This document shows positions 19,837 to 29,142 of a stretch of 64,000 nucleotides of DNA, piece by piece. The notes beneath the pieces were generated by a model. That model saw only the letters and a list, made by a program, of their open reading frames with translations. It did not search any database and was not told the origin of the DNA. Origin of the DNA: Candidatus Thalassarchaeaceae archaeon (GTDB lineage: Archaea; Thermoplasmatota; Poseidoniia; Poseidoniales; Thalassarchaeaceae); assembly GCA_030747475.1 (NCBI GenBank), contig JASLKO010000180.1, forward strand, positions 31,631 through 95,630, given 5' to 3'. The position numbers and the translations under genes were made by a program. The stretch's first letter is position 1, and every line of letters starts with the position of its first letter.

Positions 19837-20229
19837 ATGCGCGGAATGGTCAGGTGGACTGGTGACGAAGATATGGAGGGTCAGATTGAGGGTGGGCCGA
19901 CTATTCCAATTCATACAGAAAAATCACCAAATCCAGTTCAGATGGTGTTGCTTGCTCATGGCAGTTGTTCGTTAATCGATGTCATCGTTGGTCTGAAACA
20001 TCGAATGGAAAACGTTCGAGCATGTTGGGTGGAATTAGATTCAGATCGGGCCGTGGGGCCACCAAGACCATTCATTGCTGTACGAATGAAATACATCATT
20101 GAAGGCGATGTGCCCGAGAAATTGGTCACCAGACTCATTGAACAGAGTCATGAAAAATATTGCAGTGTGGGTGCAATGGTCATCGGTTCAGGCGCTAGTT
20201 TAGATTGGACGCTTGAAATTCGAAATTAA
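19837..20229 (+). CDS. OsmC/Ohr-family peroxiredoxin-like protein
   Basis: About 130 aa with the two conserved Cys regions LLAHGSCSLIDV and EKYCSVGAM typical of OsmC. The ORF-table start 19756 would overlap the icd start; the internal ATGs at 19837/19846 give a clean divergent arrangement. Confidence 0.72.
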   Translation: MRGMVRWTGDEDMEGQIEGGPTIPIHTEKSPNPVQMVLLAHGSCSLIDVIVGLKHRMENVRACWVELDSDRAVGPPRPFIAVRMKYIIEGDVPEKLVTRLIEQSHEKYCSVGAMVIGSGASLDWTLEIRN

Positions 20230-21221
20230 GAATCGAGTAGTCCCAGCATCCCTGCTGCTGGAGCCAATGCAAGTGGGACTGCATGGAGTGGAGAAGCAAC
20301 ACCACCTTCCATCCAACAGCCTTCAGCAAATGGAGCACCCAATCCTAGATGCCCCATCCACGCTGATGCTTTGGCCCATCCTTTGCGAGTGATTCCCGCG
20401 CGCAAGGCAGTCGCGCCAAGACTTCGTGCTAAATTGGCAGATGTCTCCTCATCAGCACTTGCCAATGCACGAATGGCATCAATCCATTCTACAAGGGATG
20501 CGGGATCATCCCCTTTCGTTGCCGTTCCATCTTCAAGTGATTTTTCGTATGCTTCCTCAAATTGAGCCCGTTCGGGATTTGATAACTCAAGCGCATCTTG
20601 TAATGCATCAAGTTGATGAAATTCAGTTGCAGTTAATCTGTCATCAGCCCACGCAAGCGCAAGTGCGTGTGTGAAAGGGTCGCCGCCAAGAGTTTCCATC
20701 TACTCACCCAACATTTCTCGAACCAAATCAAGGTGCTCAGCAAATGATATTCCTAGATTCTGCCTTCGCCGTGCAAGCAAACTCACTTCTCCAGGATCTA
20801 ACACTCCGTCTACCCAGACCGTTTCAAGAACCATCCTGTATGCATCCATCGCATCCATACTTGCACCTTCTGAAGTCGTTGGGACGTCCTCTTGATTATC
20901 CACACCCTCATCATCCGAATCCTCATCATCCATGAATGCGGAGAGGAGATCATCCTCGCCATCGGTGGCCAGTGCAATACTGGGTCCTCCAACACCTAGG
21001 GCGGCAAACGGATCATCGCCATCATCGTCATCTTCTTCCTCACCACCAATCTCGACAACAGTGGATGAGAATCCGTCACCCTCCTCCTCATCCTCTTCTA
21101 CGAATGCATCCAGAGCATCACCAACCTCTCCACCAGCAGGGGGCACACTCACACCTAGTTCTGCAAATGGGTCAACATCCTCAATAGCCTCGTCAGAATC
21201 TTCAGTATCAGGGTCCATCAA
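20226..21221 (-). CDS. Acidic N-terminal region plus a TerB-like (tellurite-resistance-TerB / DjlA-N-like) domain protein, split by a single in-frame TAG at 20700-20702 (ORFs 20700..21221 and 20226..20699 are in the same frame)
   Basis: Upstream part ends ...MVLETVWVDGVLDPGEVSLLARRRQNLGISFAEHLDLVREMLGE. TAG. It continues METLGGDPFTHALALAWADDRLTATEFHQLDALQDALELS. The two halves carry the two hhhxaDGxhsxxExxxL repeats that together make one TerB-like domain. 157 more codons stay open after the TAG. Confidence 0.5.
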
Positions 21222-21286
21222 GAACTCACCTCTTCATCACAGGGGCCACGGCGGCCACTCAAATGACTTCCCCGTAACTGCTCGTT

Positions 21287-21325
21287 AAATTTTCAAAATT
21301 TTTCAGAATATAATTTTTCAAAAAG
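21287..21325. promoter_or_regulatory. AT-rich divergent promoter region with an iterated TTTTCAAAA motif and a TATA-like ATATAA, between the TerB-like gene (minus) and nrdJ (plus)
   Basis: aaattTTCAAAAtTTTTCAgaatataaTTTTTCAAAAAg read directly; archaeal TATA/BRE-like composition. A roughly 200-nt leader follows before the nrdJ ATG. Confidence 0.4.
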
Positions 21326-21534
21326 CCCCTAAATCGACAGAATAGAGGAATGTACAATTACTTATGAGATGGATACTTTGGTCGTACTTCGGATGTATAT
21401 GCTCTCTCCTTTTGCGATATCTTCAAAGACCCTCCAAATCGGAGGTTAGGTCCCTGTGCGCCGAGATACCTGTTGCACCGGCCGAAACGAACCTTCAAGT
21501 TCCAAAAATACACCAAATGAGAGAGTGATGAATT

Positions 21535-24500
21535 ATGACCCAATCAAAAATCAAGGGAGATGCAGCGCAAGAAGTCGAAGAGCGCGGTATGATCATCGAA
21601 CGCCGCTTTACACAAGCTGGCAAGGACCCCTTCGATCAGTTTGATTGGTTTACAACAGATTTCATCATCAACAATCGTGATGGTTCCGTTGCTCATGAAA
21701 TTAAAGACGTATCATTACCGGTTGGCTTTGAAGGCGTTCCAGGTACAATTTGCGCACAGAAATACATGCGTAAAGCCGGTGTCCCAGCCGCTCTACGCAA
21801 GGTTCCAGAGGACAACGTCCCCACATGGCTCCAACGCTCAGTTCCCGATGAGGAAAAGTTGCAGACAATGGATGCAACAGAGCGCTTTGGTTGTGAGGCA
21901 GACGGCCGACAGTTGTTCCGTCGTCTTGCAGGCACCTGGACATATTGGGGTTGGAAGCACGGCTACTTTGCATCCGAAGCGGACGCCCAGAGTTACTATG
22001 ATGAGATGTGCTATCTTATTGCCAGTCAGCGTAGCGCTCCAAACAGCCCTCAATGGTTTAACACGGGTTTGCATTGGGCATATGGAATTGAAGGTCCAGC
22101 GCAGGGCCATTGGTATGTTGACCCAGTGACGAACGAAGACCTGCGTTCAGTCAATGCATACGAACACCCACAACCACACGCCTGTTTTATCCAAAGTGTT
22201 CAGGATAGTTTGGTGGGCGATTCAGAATCAATCATGGGATTGTGGAACCGTGAGGCTTTGTTGTTCAAGTTTGGTTCCGGTACAGGTTCAAACTTCTCCA
22301 ACATTCGTGGAGCGGGTGAGCCCTTATCAGGAGGGGGAACATCGAGTGGATTACTTTCCTTCTTGAAAATTGGTGATCGCGCTGCTGGGGCTATCAAGAG
22401 TGGAGGAACCACACGCCGAGCAGCCAAGATGGTCACCCTTGATTTGGACCACCCAGATATCGAGGAATTCGTGAATTGGAAATTGTCAGAGGAGGAGAAG
22501 GTTAGTGCACTTGTTACTGGTTCAACAGTACTTCAGAATCATTGCAATGCAATTCTTGAAGCAGCTTGGAGCGATGGTGGCAAATCAGCCATCATCGATC
22601 CAACCATGAGTCCATCATTACGAAAGGCCATGGTTGCAGCCATCAATTCAGGCGTACCTCAACCTCACCTTCAGCGCGTCCTTCGTCTGGCTGAACAGGG
22701 TTGGAAGAGTGTTGAATTTGAACCAATGGATACCGATTGGCAAGGAGAGGCCTATGCCACAGTATCGGGTCAAAATTCTAACAATTCCGTTAGAGTCCCT
22801 GAAGAATTTATGCAAGCTGTCGCAGAGAATAGAGACTGGAATCTATACCACCGTACAGAGAAGGCAAAGGCTGCAGCCGAGAATCGAGAACCTGAACCCT
22901 GCCGAACGCTTGACGCTAACGAATTTTGGAATGATATTGCATACACTGCATGGGCGTGTGCAGACCCAGGTGTACAATTTGATACAACAATCAATGAATG
23001 GCACACATGTCCAGAAGGTGGCCGTATCAATGGTAGTAACCCTTGCAGCGAATACATGTTCCTCGATGATACTGCTTGTAATCTTGCTAGCATCAATTTA
23101 CTTCACTATTACGACATGGATAAGCAATCATTCGATATCGAGGGCTTCCGCCACTCGACTCGACTATGGACGACGACTCTTGAGATTAGTGTTTTAATGG
23201 CTCAATTCCCAAGCCAATCTATTTCTCGAAAATCCTATGATTACCGTACACTAGGACTTGGTTACTGCAACATCGGCTCGATGTTGATGCACATGGGCAT
23301 CCCATACGACGATCCACGAGGTATCGCAATTTGTGGTGCAATCACTGCGATTATGACCGCCGAATCATACGCGACGAGTGCAGATATGGCAAGCTTCCTT
23401 GGCCCATTCCCACAGTACCAAGAAAATGCAGAGCACATGCTTCGTGTAATGCGAAACCACCGTCGTGCTGCATACGATGCTGCTCCCGAAGACTATGATG
23501 GACTTTCAATCACTCCAATGGGGATTAATCAGAAGCGTTGTCCGAAGGACCTTCTTGAAGCCGCACGATCATCGTGGGATCGCGCAGTTAACCTTGGAAT
23601 GGAGCACGGTTATCGAAATGCGCAAACAACCGTCATCGCACCAACTGGTACGATTGGGATGGTTATGGCATGTGATACGACTGGGGTAGAACCCCAATTC
23701 AGTTTAGTCCAATACAAAACACTCGCAGGCGGGGGCTCTCTACGTATTATCAATCGAGGCGTTCCAACTGCACTCAAACACTTAGGTTACAGTGACATGG
23801 AAGTCAAAGGAATCGTTGAGCACATCATGGGCACAGGTTCCATGGACAATTGTGACACAATTTCCATGCAGAGTCTTTCAGAGAATGGTTTCTCTGGTGA
23901 AGAATTTGCGAAGATTGAGGCCGCCATCGAAACACACCAACATGTTCGTTCGTTGTTCACATCAATGGTATTAGGTGAAGAGTTTTGTAAAGAAACACTC
24001 AATCTCTCAGAGGAGGATTGTTCCAATCCTTTCTTCGATATATTGGGCCATCTTGAATATACTGCTGCTCAGATTGAGTCTGCCAATGAACACGTTTACG
24101 GCCATCTTTCAATTGAGAGTGCCCCTCACCTCAAGGAGGAACATCTACCCGTATTCGATTGTGCAACACCAGGTGGTAAGAATGGTACACGATCCATTGC
24201 TTGGGCAGCTCACGTTAACATGATGGCTGCAGCTCAACCATTCATTTCAGGTGCGATTTCCAAGACAATCAATATGCCTGCTGACTCATCTATTGATGAT
24301 GTACGAGATGCCTACAACCTTTCACATGCAACCATGAACAAAGCTTGTGCAGTTTATCGAGATGGAAGCAAACTATCTCAGCCATTGATGAATAGTTTGG
24401 TTGACATGACAGTTACATTGGAAGAAGAGGTCGAAGAAGTAGAGGTGACCTCTACAATGTCTGTTAAGCAAGCAGTCAAGGAAGTGGCAGAAGCATTACC

Positions 24501-25176
24501 TCTCCCACCAACGAAGGCGGAACCATTGGCAGACGCATTTGTTCAGAACTACATTGCAGCAAGACAACCCTTGCCAGACAATTGTGAGGGCGGTAGGATG
24601 AAGGCAAGGATTGGGGGCCACACCATTTATCTCAATCACAGTGCATACGACGATGGTCGATTGGGCGAGATCATGCTCACCACATCAAAGGAAGGAGCCG
24701 CATGGAGATCCATGCTGAATCAATTTGCAATTGCAGTCTCTATTGGTTTGCAATATGGTGTACCATTGGATGCGTTCGTCAAATCCTTCACTTTCCAGAA
24801 GTTTGAACCAAGTGGTATGATTGTAGGTGGTAGTGGAAGAGTGAAAATGGCATCAAGCCTCATGGATTACATCTTCAGAGAACTTGGTATTGAATATCTA
24901 GGTCGCTCAGATTTGGCCCATATTTCTGAAGAAGATTTAGACCCTTTTTCCATTAGTCGCCCTGAAATAACTGAAGATGGCGTTGCAAGGGTCCAAGGAG
25001 AACAACGAAATGTCCAACTCACCCTAGATGTAGATCCTGATATCCAGGCTCGAGAGATGGCAAAGCAATACGGTTTCACAGGCGATATTTGTGATGATTG
25101 CGGCAGTAGTCAGATGGTTCGTAATGGCACTTGTTTGAAGTGCAACGAATGTGGTACAACGACCGGTTGTTCCTAA
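21535..25176 (+). CDS. nrdJ: Class II (adenosylcobalamin-dependent) ribonucleotide reductase NrdJ, 1213 aa, with a C-terminal zinc ribbon
   Basis: RNR catalytic-site Cys/Glu region SNPCSEYMFLDDTACNLASINL. TVIAPTGTIGMVM. C-terminal CDDCGSSQMVRNGTCLKCNECG. No intein blocks seen. Confidence 0.88.
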   Translation: MTQSKIKGDAAQEVEERGMIIERRFTQAGKDPFDQFDWFTTDFIINNRDGSVAHEIKDVSLPVGFEGVPGTICAQKYMRKAGVPAALRKVPEDNVPTWLQRSVPDEEKLQTMDATERFGCEADGRQLFRRLAGTWTYWGWKHGYFASEADAQSYYDEMCYLIASQRSAPNSPQWFNTGLHWAYGIEGPAQGHWYVDPVTNEDLRSVNAYEHPQPHACFIQSVQDSLVGDSESIMGLWNREALLFKFGSGTGSNFSNIRGAGEPLSGGGTSSGLLSFLKIGDRAAGAIKSGGTTRRAAKMVTLDLDHPDIEEFVNWKLSEEEKVSALVTGSTVLQNHCNAILEAAWSDGGKSAIIDPTMSPSLRKAMVAAINSGVPQPHLQRVLRLAEQGWKSVEFEPMDTDWQGEAYATVSGQNSNNSVRVPEEFMQAVAENRDWNLYHRTEKAKAAAENREPEPCRTLDANEFWNDIAYTAWACADPGVQFDTTINEWHTCPEGGRINGSNPCSEYMFLDDTACNLASINLLHYYDMDKQSFDIEGFRHSTRLWTTTLEISVLMAQFPSQSISRKSYDYRTLGLGYCNIGSMLMHMGIPYDDPRGIAICGAITAIMTAESYATSADMASFLGPFPQYQENAEHMLRVMRNHRRAAYDAAPEDYDGLSITPMGINQKRCPKDLLEAARSSWDRAVNLGMEHGYRNAQTTVIAPTGTIGMVMACDTTGVEPQFSLVQYKTLAGGGSLRIINRGVPTALKHLGYSDMEVKGIVEHIMGTGSMDNCDTISMQSLSENGFSGEEFAKIEAAIETHQHVRSLFTSMVLGEEFCKETLNLSEEDCSNPFFDILGHLEYTAAQIESANEHVYGHLSIESAPHLKEEHLPVFDCATPGGKNGTRSIAWAAHVNMMAAAQPFISGAISKTINMPADSSIDDVRDAYNLSHATMNKACAVYRDGSKLSQPLMNSLVDMTVTLEEEVEEVEVTSTMSVKQAVKEVAEALPLPPTKAEPLADAFVQNYIAARQPLPDNCEGGRMKARIGGHTIYLNHSAYDDGRLGEIMLTTSKEGAAWRSMLNQFAIAVSIGLQYGVPLDAFVKSFTFQKFEPSGMIVGGSGRVKMASSLMDYIFRELGIEYLGRSDLAHISEEDLDPFSISRPEITEDGVARVQGEQRNVQLTLDVDPDIQAREMAKQYGFTGDICDDCGSSQMVRNGTCLKCNECGTTTGCS

Positions 25177-28100
25177 TCACAGCCACTGACTAAGTTCTCT
25201 AGCACTACGAACTACACCAAAGCCGAAGGCATCTTCCAGTGATCTTCGAACTAATCTGAAATCAGAATCACGCGTAGCTACTAGGACACTACCGATTCCA
25301 CGATAAGTCTCATCTGCTAATTTAGCAGCCGTTCTCATGATGTCACAATCTCCGCGTTCCGGATAGATTTGGCCATCTGTATTGCCTTTGATTTTCGTCC
25401 TCTTTGCTAGAGCCTTCTTACTCATGCCGGATTTCATCTCTGTGACCTTTTGATAAATTTCATGATGTTCAATTAAGAAATCCTCGACTTGTTGCTTGTA
25501 TTGAGATACGGCTGCATTGAACCCCTCATTTGATGGTGGTTGCCATTCACCATAGTCTATCACAATCTGGTTGTAAATCTCTTTTACAGATTCAACTGTC
25601 ACGGTTTCAATCCACGTTACTTCATCAATCCAAACATCATTGAAGAGTGTACGTACACGATCAAGCTCATTCATTCTATTTTCAAATTCACGCATGGCGG
25701 CACTCGGAATGAACAAATGGATTTGATGATTTTTTGCCTTGGCAAGTATCGTTCGATGGAATGACCCATTGTTTTGAGTATTAATCGAACCATCGTCACC
25801 CAATAATTGGCCAATGCGTTCTTTGGCTGCATCAATGAGGAGGTTTGTATCTACGAGAACGAGGGGCTTCAATTGTAGATGCCGCAATTTCCTTCGTTCT
25901 CCAATTCTAATGCTTTCCTGATGTTCAGAAAAAATGGCTTGTTGACTTCCTCTCAGGGCAGATATTTGATTCAAATTAAATTGATTAGAATTCATCGCTC
26001 TTTCAAACATCATGAGGCCCTGAATCGCTTCTAGTTCCGAAGCATCTCTTGCAATCGCTTCAATTTCCTGAATCGCAGCATCTCGAAGTGCATGTCTGAA
26101 TTGAATTTCCAATTGACTTCGAGGGCTCCGTCTATTTTCTTTGAGTCGTTGAATTGCTGCCCTTATTCTCCCTTGCCACGGTTCCTTCGGTAAATCTCGA
26201 GAATTTGGATAGGTAAATAATGCATCTAATTCATCAGATGGATAAACCGTCCTCTTCTTTTCCACTTGTTCACCATCAACGGATTCAGTCATGAATTTCT
26301 CAGTGCGCTCGACCGATTTCTTCAATCTCTGATTTGCTGCTTCAGTCTGCCCACGATCCGCATCATCACAAACACGAAGATACAGTTGGAATCGATTTGT
26401 CAAAGCAGAATGTAATGCTGGTTGCACTTCTAACATTTCAACCGCTTCAGACCACCGTCCAACATGAGCGAAGTTGATGAGTGCCCTTCTTGCAAGATGA
26501 ATTTGATCTTCGTATTTGATACTCGAATCCCGACATGCTCGCCTCAGTCCACGTGCTGCTGCCAAGCGGTTATCACGTGTTTCATCAATGGAGGCCATGA
26601 CGACAAGGTGTGATGCAGACGAAGGAGCGTGCAATCGATGCCATTCAGCCAACGCGGGAACAGCAACACCGTGTTCTAACACGACTTGTCTCACATTATT
26701 GACAATCTGCATACTTGGAGAATCTTGAATAAGTAATTCCAAAGTTTCTTCCGCTTTAGTGGTATTTCTTTCATCACCATCTTCCAACAACTTTAGCGTC
26801 CCGTTAAATCTTAGATTGGCGATGACTGCTCTGAATAAGTGCTCCTCCACTCCGCTAATCGATGAAGAATCCATCGAATCTTGCAACGTGTCTAGCAACT
26901 TTTCTGCAACTAAACCACTCCCGCCATCCATTAGTGCTTGGCGACATTGATTGAATGCCTTAATTGCCTCTCGACTCAATTCTTTCTGTATGGGGGCCAA
27001 ATCTGCTGAAACACCTTCAAGGAGTTTAATCAAACCAATTGATGCCTCTGAGAGGATACCTGTGGAATCTTGAGATAGTGCGGCAATTGCTTCTGGTCTT
27101 GCGATTTTGAGCCAATTCCTCAATTCAGAATCAGCATGTGCTGGAAGTAAATGATAGACGAGAATGGTACGATGTGGATGAATTTTTCCAGCATCTTGCA
27201 TTTTCATGAGAATAGAACCAATTTGAGTGGCCTCCCCTAATTCAGTAAACAAATCAAGAGCGGTTGGCAGACTTTCTTCCCAAATCCCCCCTCCTCTGAT
27301 TTGCAATTCATTCACGGCTGCAACTCGTAAATCTCCAGGAGAATCTGAACTTAGAATCTGTACGAGATCCTCATGTTCATATTTTGAAATCTGATTGACA
27401 ATTCTCATTTTTATATCAGATGCATTCGTCCGATTTATGATTTCTAACAATAATGGAATATGCTGCCGTTCTAGTACGTTCAACCCTGCAGTTTCTTGTA
27501 CTGCTCGCGCTTCATCGCCATTTTGAATCAGCGTTGAAATTAATTTCCATCGGAGAGTAGTTTCAGTGGCCCCATCTAGTGTTTGCTTTAGCGCAGCATC
27601 AATATCATCAACACTCAAGACAAACTCATCGGGCGCATTTATCAGTGCTTGTAATCGCATGGCAGTCGATAATCCATCATCTCCCTTAGCACCTTGACAA
27701 GAACCCCACGATTCTTGATTTCCAGAACGTAGTTGAGCTAGAGCCAATTGATCGGTAGCAATGGTTGCAATATCTCCATCTCCTTTACTAAGGGCTTCTA
27801 AATCAGTACAACCACTTTCATCACCAATTGCTAATTTGATCAATGCGGGAATCAATGTAGCTTCGCCTTCAAATTTTGTTAGTGATTTTGGTAGTTTAGG
27901 AGCACTCCTCCGTCCAAAATCTGATGATAAGTGTTGTAAGGCTAGTTTCTGTTCTGCAGACAAAGGAAACGGGGTGTTTAGTGACAACCATTTTCCGACC
28001 TCATCATGATTCAGTGGATCTAATCGAGATCCTTCCACCCATTCACTAGAATTCTCTAAAGAGACAATAGGCCAATCCTCATCTTTAATTTTCAACTCAG

Positions 28101-28614
28101 GATATGCAGTTAATTCGGCCAATAACGGAGCTTCTCTACCCATTATTGCCCAAACGGGATGCACTCCGGACTTACATTTCTCTCTGAGTTCCGTAAGTAC
28201 ATAATCCCATTTTGGATTCCATTTGTCACCCAATCTTGCTCGCTTAATCAGCATAGATGCCAAACGGTAACCTGGTGGTGCAATGGAAGTAATCAATGAC
28301 TCTACAGATTCAATCCAATCTTCGGTACTTGTTCTACGTTTACGTAGTCCACGACTACGCCTTCGCCTACTATTGGAACGCCCACTTCCCGCCTCGCCAG
28401 AGACTTCTTCTTTGTCGAGCGCAACCATTAGAATTCCTTTGTATGGTTTGTTCAGTAATTCCCAAGCAGCGGTCTTCATTGCCTTATTTCGACGTTTTTC
28501 AGGCAGGTCCCCTGCTTTGATTGCAACCTCTAGACATTCGAGTAAATGGTCCTCCAATTCCCATTCCTCCGCCAAAGGCGGTAATCTGCCGTTTCCGTCC
28601 CTTAATGAACACAT
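25177..28614 (-). CDS. Large (1145 aa) alpha-helical HEAT/ARM-like repeat protein with an Arg-rich N-terminal patch and a C-terminal PIN-domain nuclease fold
   Basis: C-terminal roughly 230 aa: LVLVDTNLLID (PIN motif I Asp), IHLFIPSAAMREFEN (E), GDCDIMRTAAKLADETY (D), GSVLVATRDSDF (PIN last Asp). The preceding roughly 850 aa are amphipathic helical repeats (e.g. DLRVAAVNELQIRGGG). N-terminal GRSNSRRRRSRGLRKRRTS. Confidence 0.6.
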   Translation of the reverse strand: MCSLRDGNGRLPPLAEEWELEDHLLECLEVAIKAGDLPEKRRNKAMKTAAWELLNKPYKGILMVALDKEEVSGEAGSGRSNSRRRRSRGLRKRRTSTEDWIESVESLITSIAPPGYRLASMLIKRARLGDKWNPKWDYVLTELREKCKSGVHPVWAIMGREAPLLAELTAYPELKIKDEDWPIVSLENSSEWVEGSRLDPLNHDEVGKWLSLNTPFPLSAEQKLALQHLSSDFGRRSAPKLPKSLTKFEGEATLIPALIKLAIGDESGCTDLEALSKGDGDIATIATDQLALAQLRSGNQESWGSCQGAKGDDGLSTAMRLQALINAPDEFVLSVDDIDAALKQTLDGATETTLRWKLISTLIQNGDEARAVQETAGLNVLERQHIPLLLEIINRTNASDIKMRIVNQISKYEHEDLVQILSSDSPGDLRVAAVNELQIRGGGIWEESLPTALDLFTELGEATQIGSILMKMQDAGKIHPHRTILVYHLLPAHADSELRNWLKIARPEAIAALSQDSTGILSEASIGLIKLLEGVSADLAPIQKELSREAIKAFNQCRQALMDGGSGLVAEKLLDTLQDSMDSSSISGVEEHLFRAVIANLRFNGTLKLLEDGDERNTTKAEETLELLIQDSPSMQIVNNVRQVVLEHGVAVPALAEWHRLHAPSSASHLVVMASIDETRDNRLAAARGLRRACRDSSIKYEDQIHLARRALINFAHVGRWSEAVEMLEVQPALHSALTNRFQLYLRVCDDADRGQTEAANQRLKKSVERTEKFMTESVDGEQVEKKRTVYPSDELDALFTYPNSRDLPKEPWQGRIRAAIQRLKENRRSPRSQLEIQFRHALRDAAIQEIEAIARDASELEAIQGLMMFERAMNSNQFNLNQISALRGSQQAIFSEHQESIRIGERRKLRHLQLKPLVLVDTNLLIDAAKERIGQLLGDDGSINTQNNGSFHRTILAKAKNHQIHLFIPSAAMREFENRMNELDRVRTLFNDVWIDEVTWIETVTVESVKEIYNQIVIDYGEWQPPSNEGFNAAVSQYKQQVEDFLIEHHEIYQKVTEMKSGMSKKALAKRTKIKGNTDGQIYPERGDCDIMRTAAKLADETYRGIGSVLVATRDSDFRLVRRSLEDAFGFGVVRSARELSQWL

Positions 28615-28635
28615 CGCTGTAGCCGCTGTGCTGAA

Positions 28636-29142
28636 GTGTTTGACCGTCTTCGAGAGGTTGTGGGCCCCACTGAACTAGTCATCATTCTCTTTCATCCAAT
28701 CATTGCAATTGTAGTGATTGGATGGATGGTAAAGCAGCATCGATGGCGCCAGCAAGGAAAGTTGCTGAAAGGCGATCAACGTAAAGCCGCAGTTGCTTCA
28801 CACGAGAGGGACGGTGAGCGTTTGTACATCATGGCATGGTTAATCGTGGTCACTGGTTTCATTGCCAATGCATTGCATAGAATTCGAACAGAGAATCTCA
28901 CATTACCATCTGCACTGCTACCAACTGGTGCAGGCGGTCTCCATGCGGGCGGTGGAATCATCGGCTTATTCCTCATCACAATTTTATGGCAAAAGGGACG
29001 AAAATCTAGAGATTTACGAGATGCAGGTGAACCATGGGCTGCAGAAAAAAACAGACATGGTCGAGCATCCGATGTAATCCTCATATTGATTGCAATCCAT
29101 GCCTTCCTGGGTTTCCTTTGGTTAATGCAATTACTCACGTAA
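28636..29142 (+). CDS. Small polytopic membrane protein (168 aa), hypothetical
   Basis: Four predicted hydrophobic helices. GTG start in the ORF table; divergent from the HEAT-PIN gene. No recognisable motif. Confidence 0.45.
   Translation: MFDRLREVVGPTELVIILFHPIIAIVVIGWMVKQHRWRQQGKLLKGDQRKAAVASHERDGERLYIMAWLIVVTGFIANALHRIRTENLTLPSALLPTGAGGLHAGGGIIGLFLITILWQKGRKSRDLRDAGEPWAAEKNRHGRASDVILILIAIHAFLGFLWLMQLLT

Noticed and set aside
21330-21534. Possible cobalamin riboswitch in the nrdJ leader
   Set aside because: I could not find a B12-box-like GCCACTG element or the characteristic multi-stem core, and cobalamin riboswitches are not established in archaea. Kept only as a long-leader observation.
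21535-25176. Possible intein in the long (1213 aa) NrdJ
   Set aside because: No intein block A (Cys/Ser at a splice junction followed by a hydrophobic block) or block G (HN[CST]) motifs seen. The extra length is a C-terminal extension with a zinc ribbon.
28636-29142. Start-codon choice for several genes listed with TTG/GTG starts in the ORF table (e.g. 4661, 9180, 19756, 32624, 36271, 44735, 47777, 49461, 53250)
   Set aside because: The upstream-most alternative starts mostly create overlaps with neighbouring genes or lack a signal peptide. I moved those starts to internal ATGs that restore a signal peptide, a conserved N-terminus or clean gene spacing. The original coordinates remain possible.
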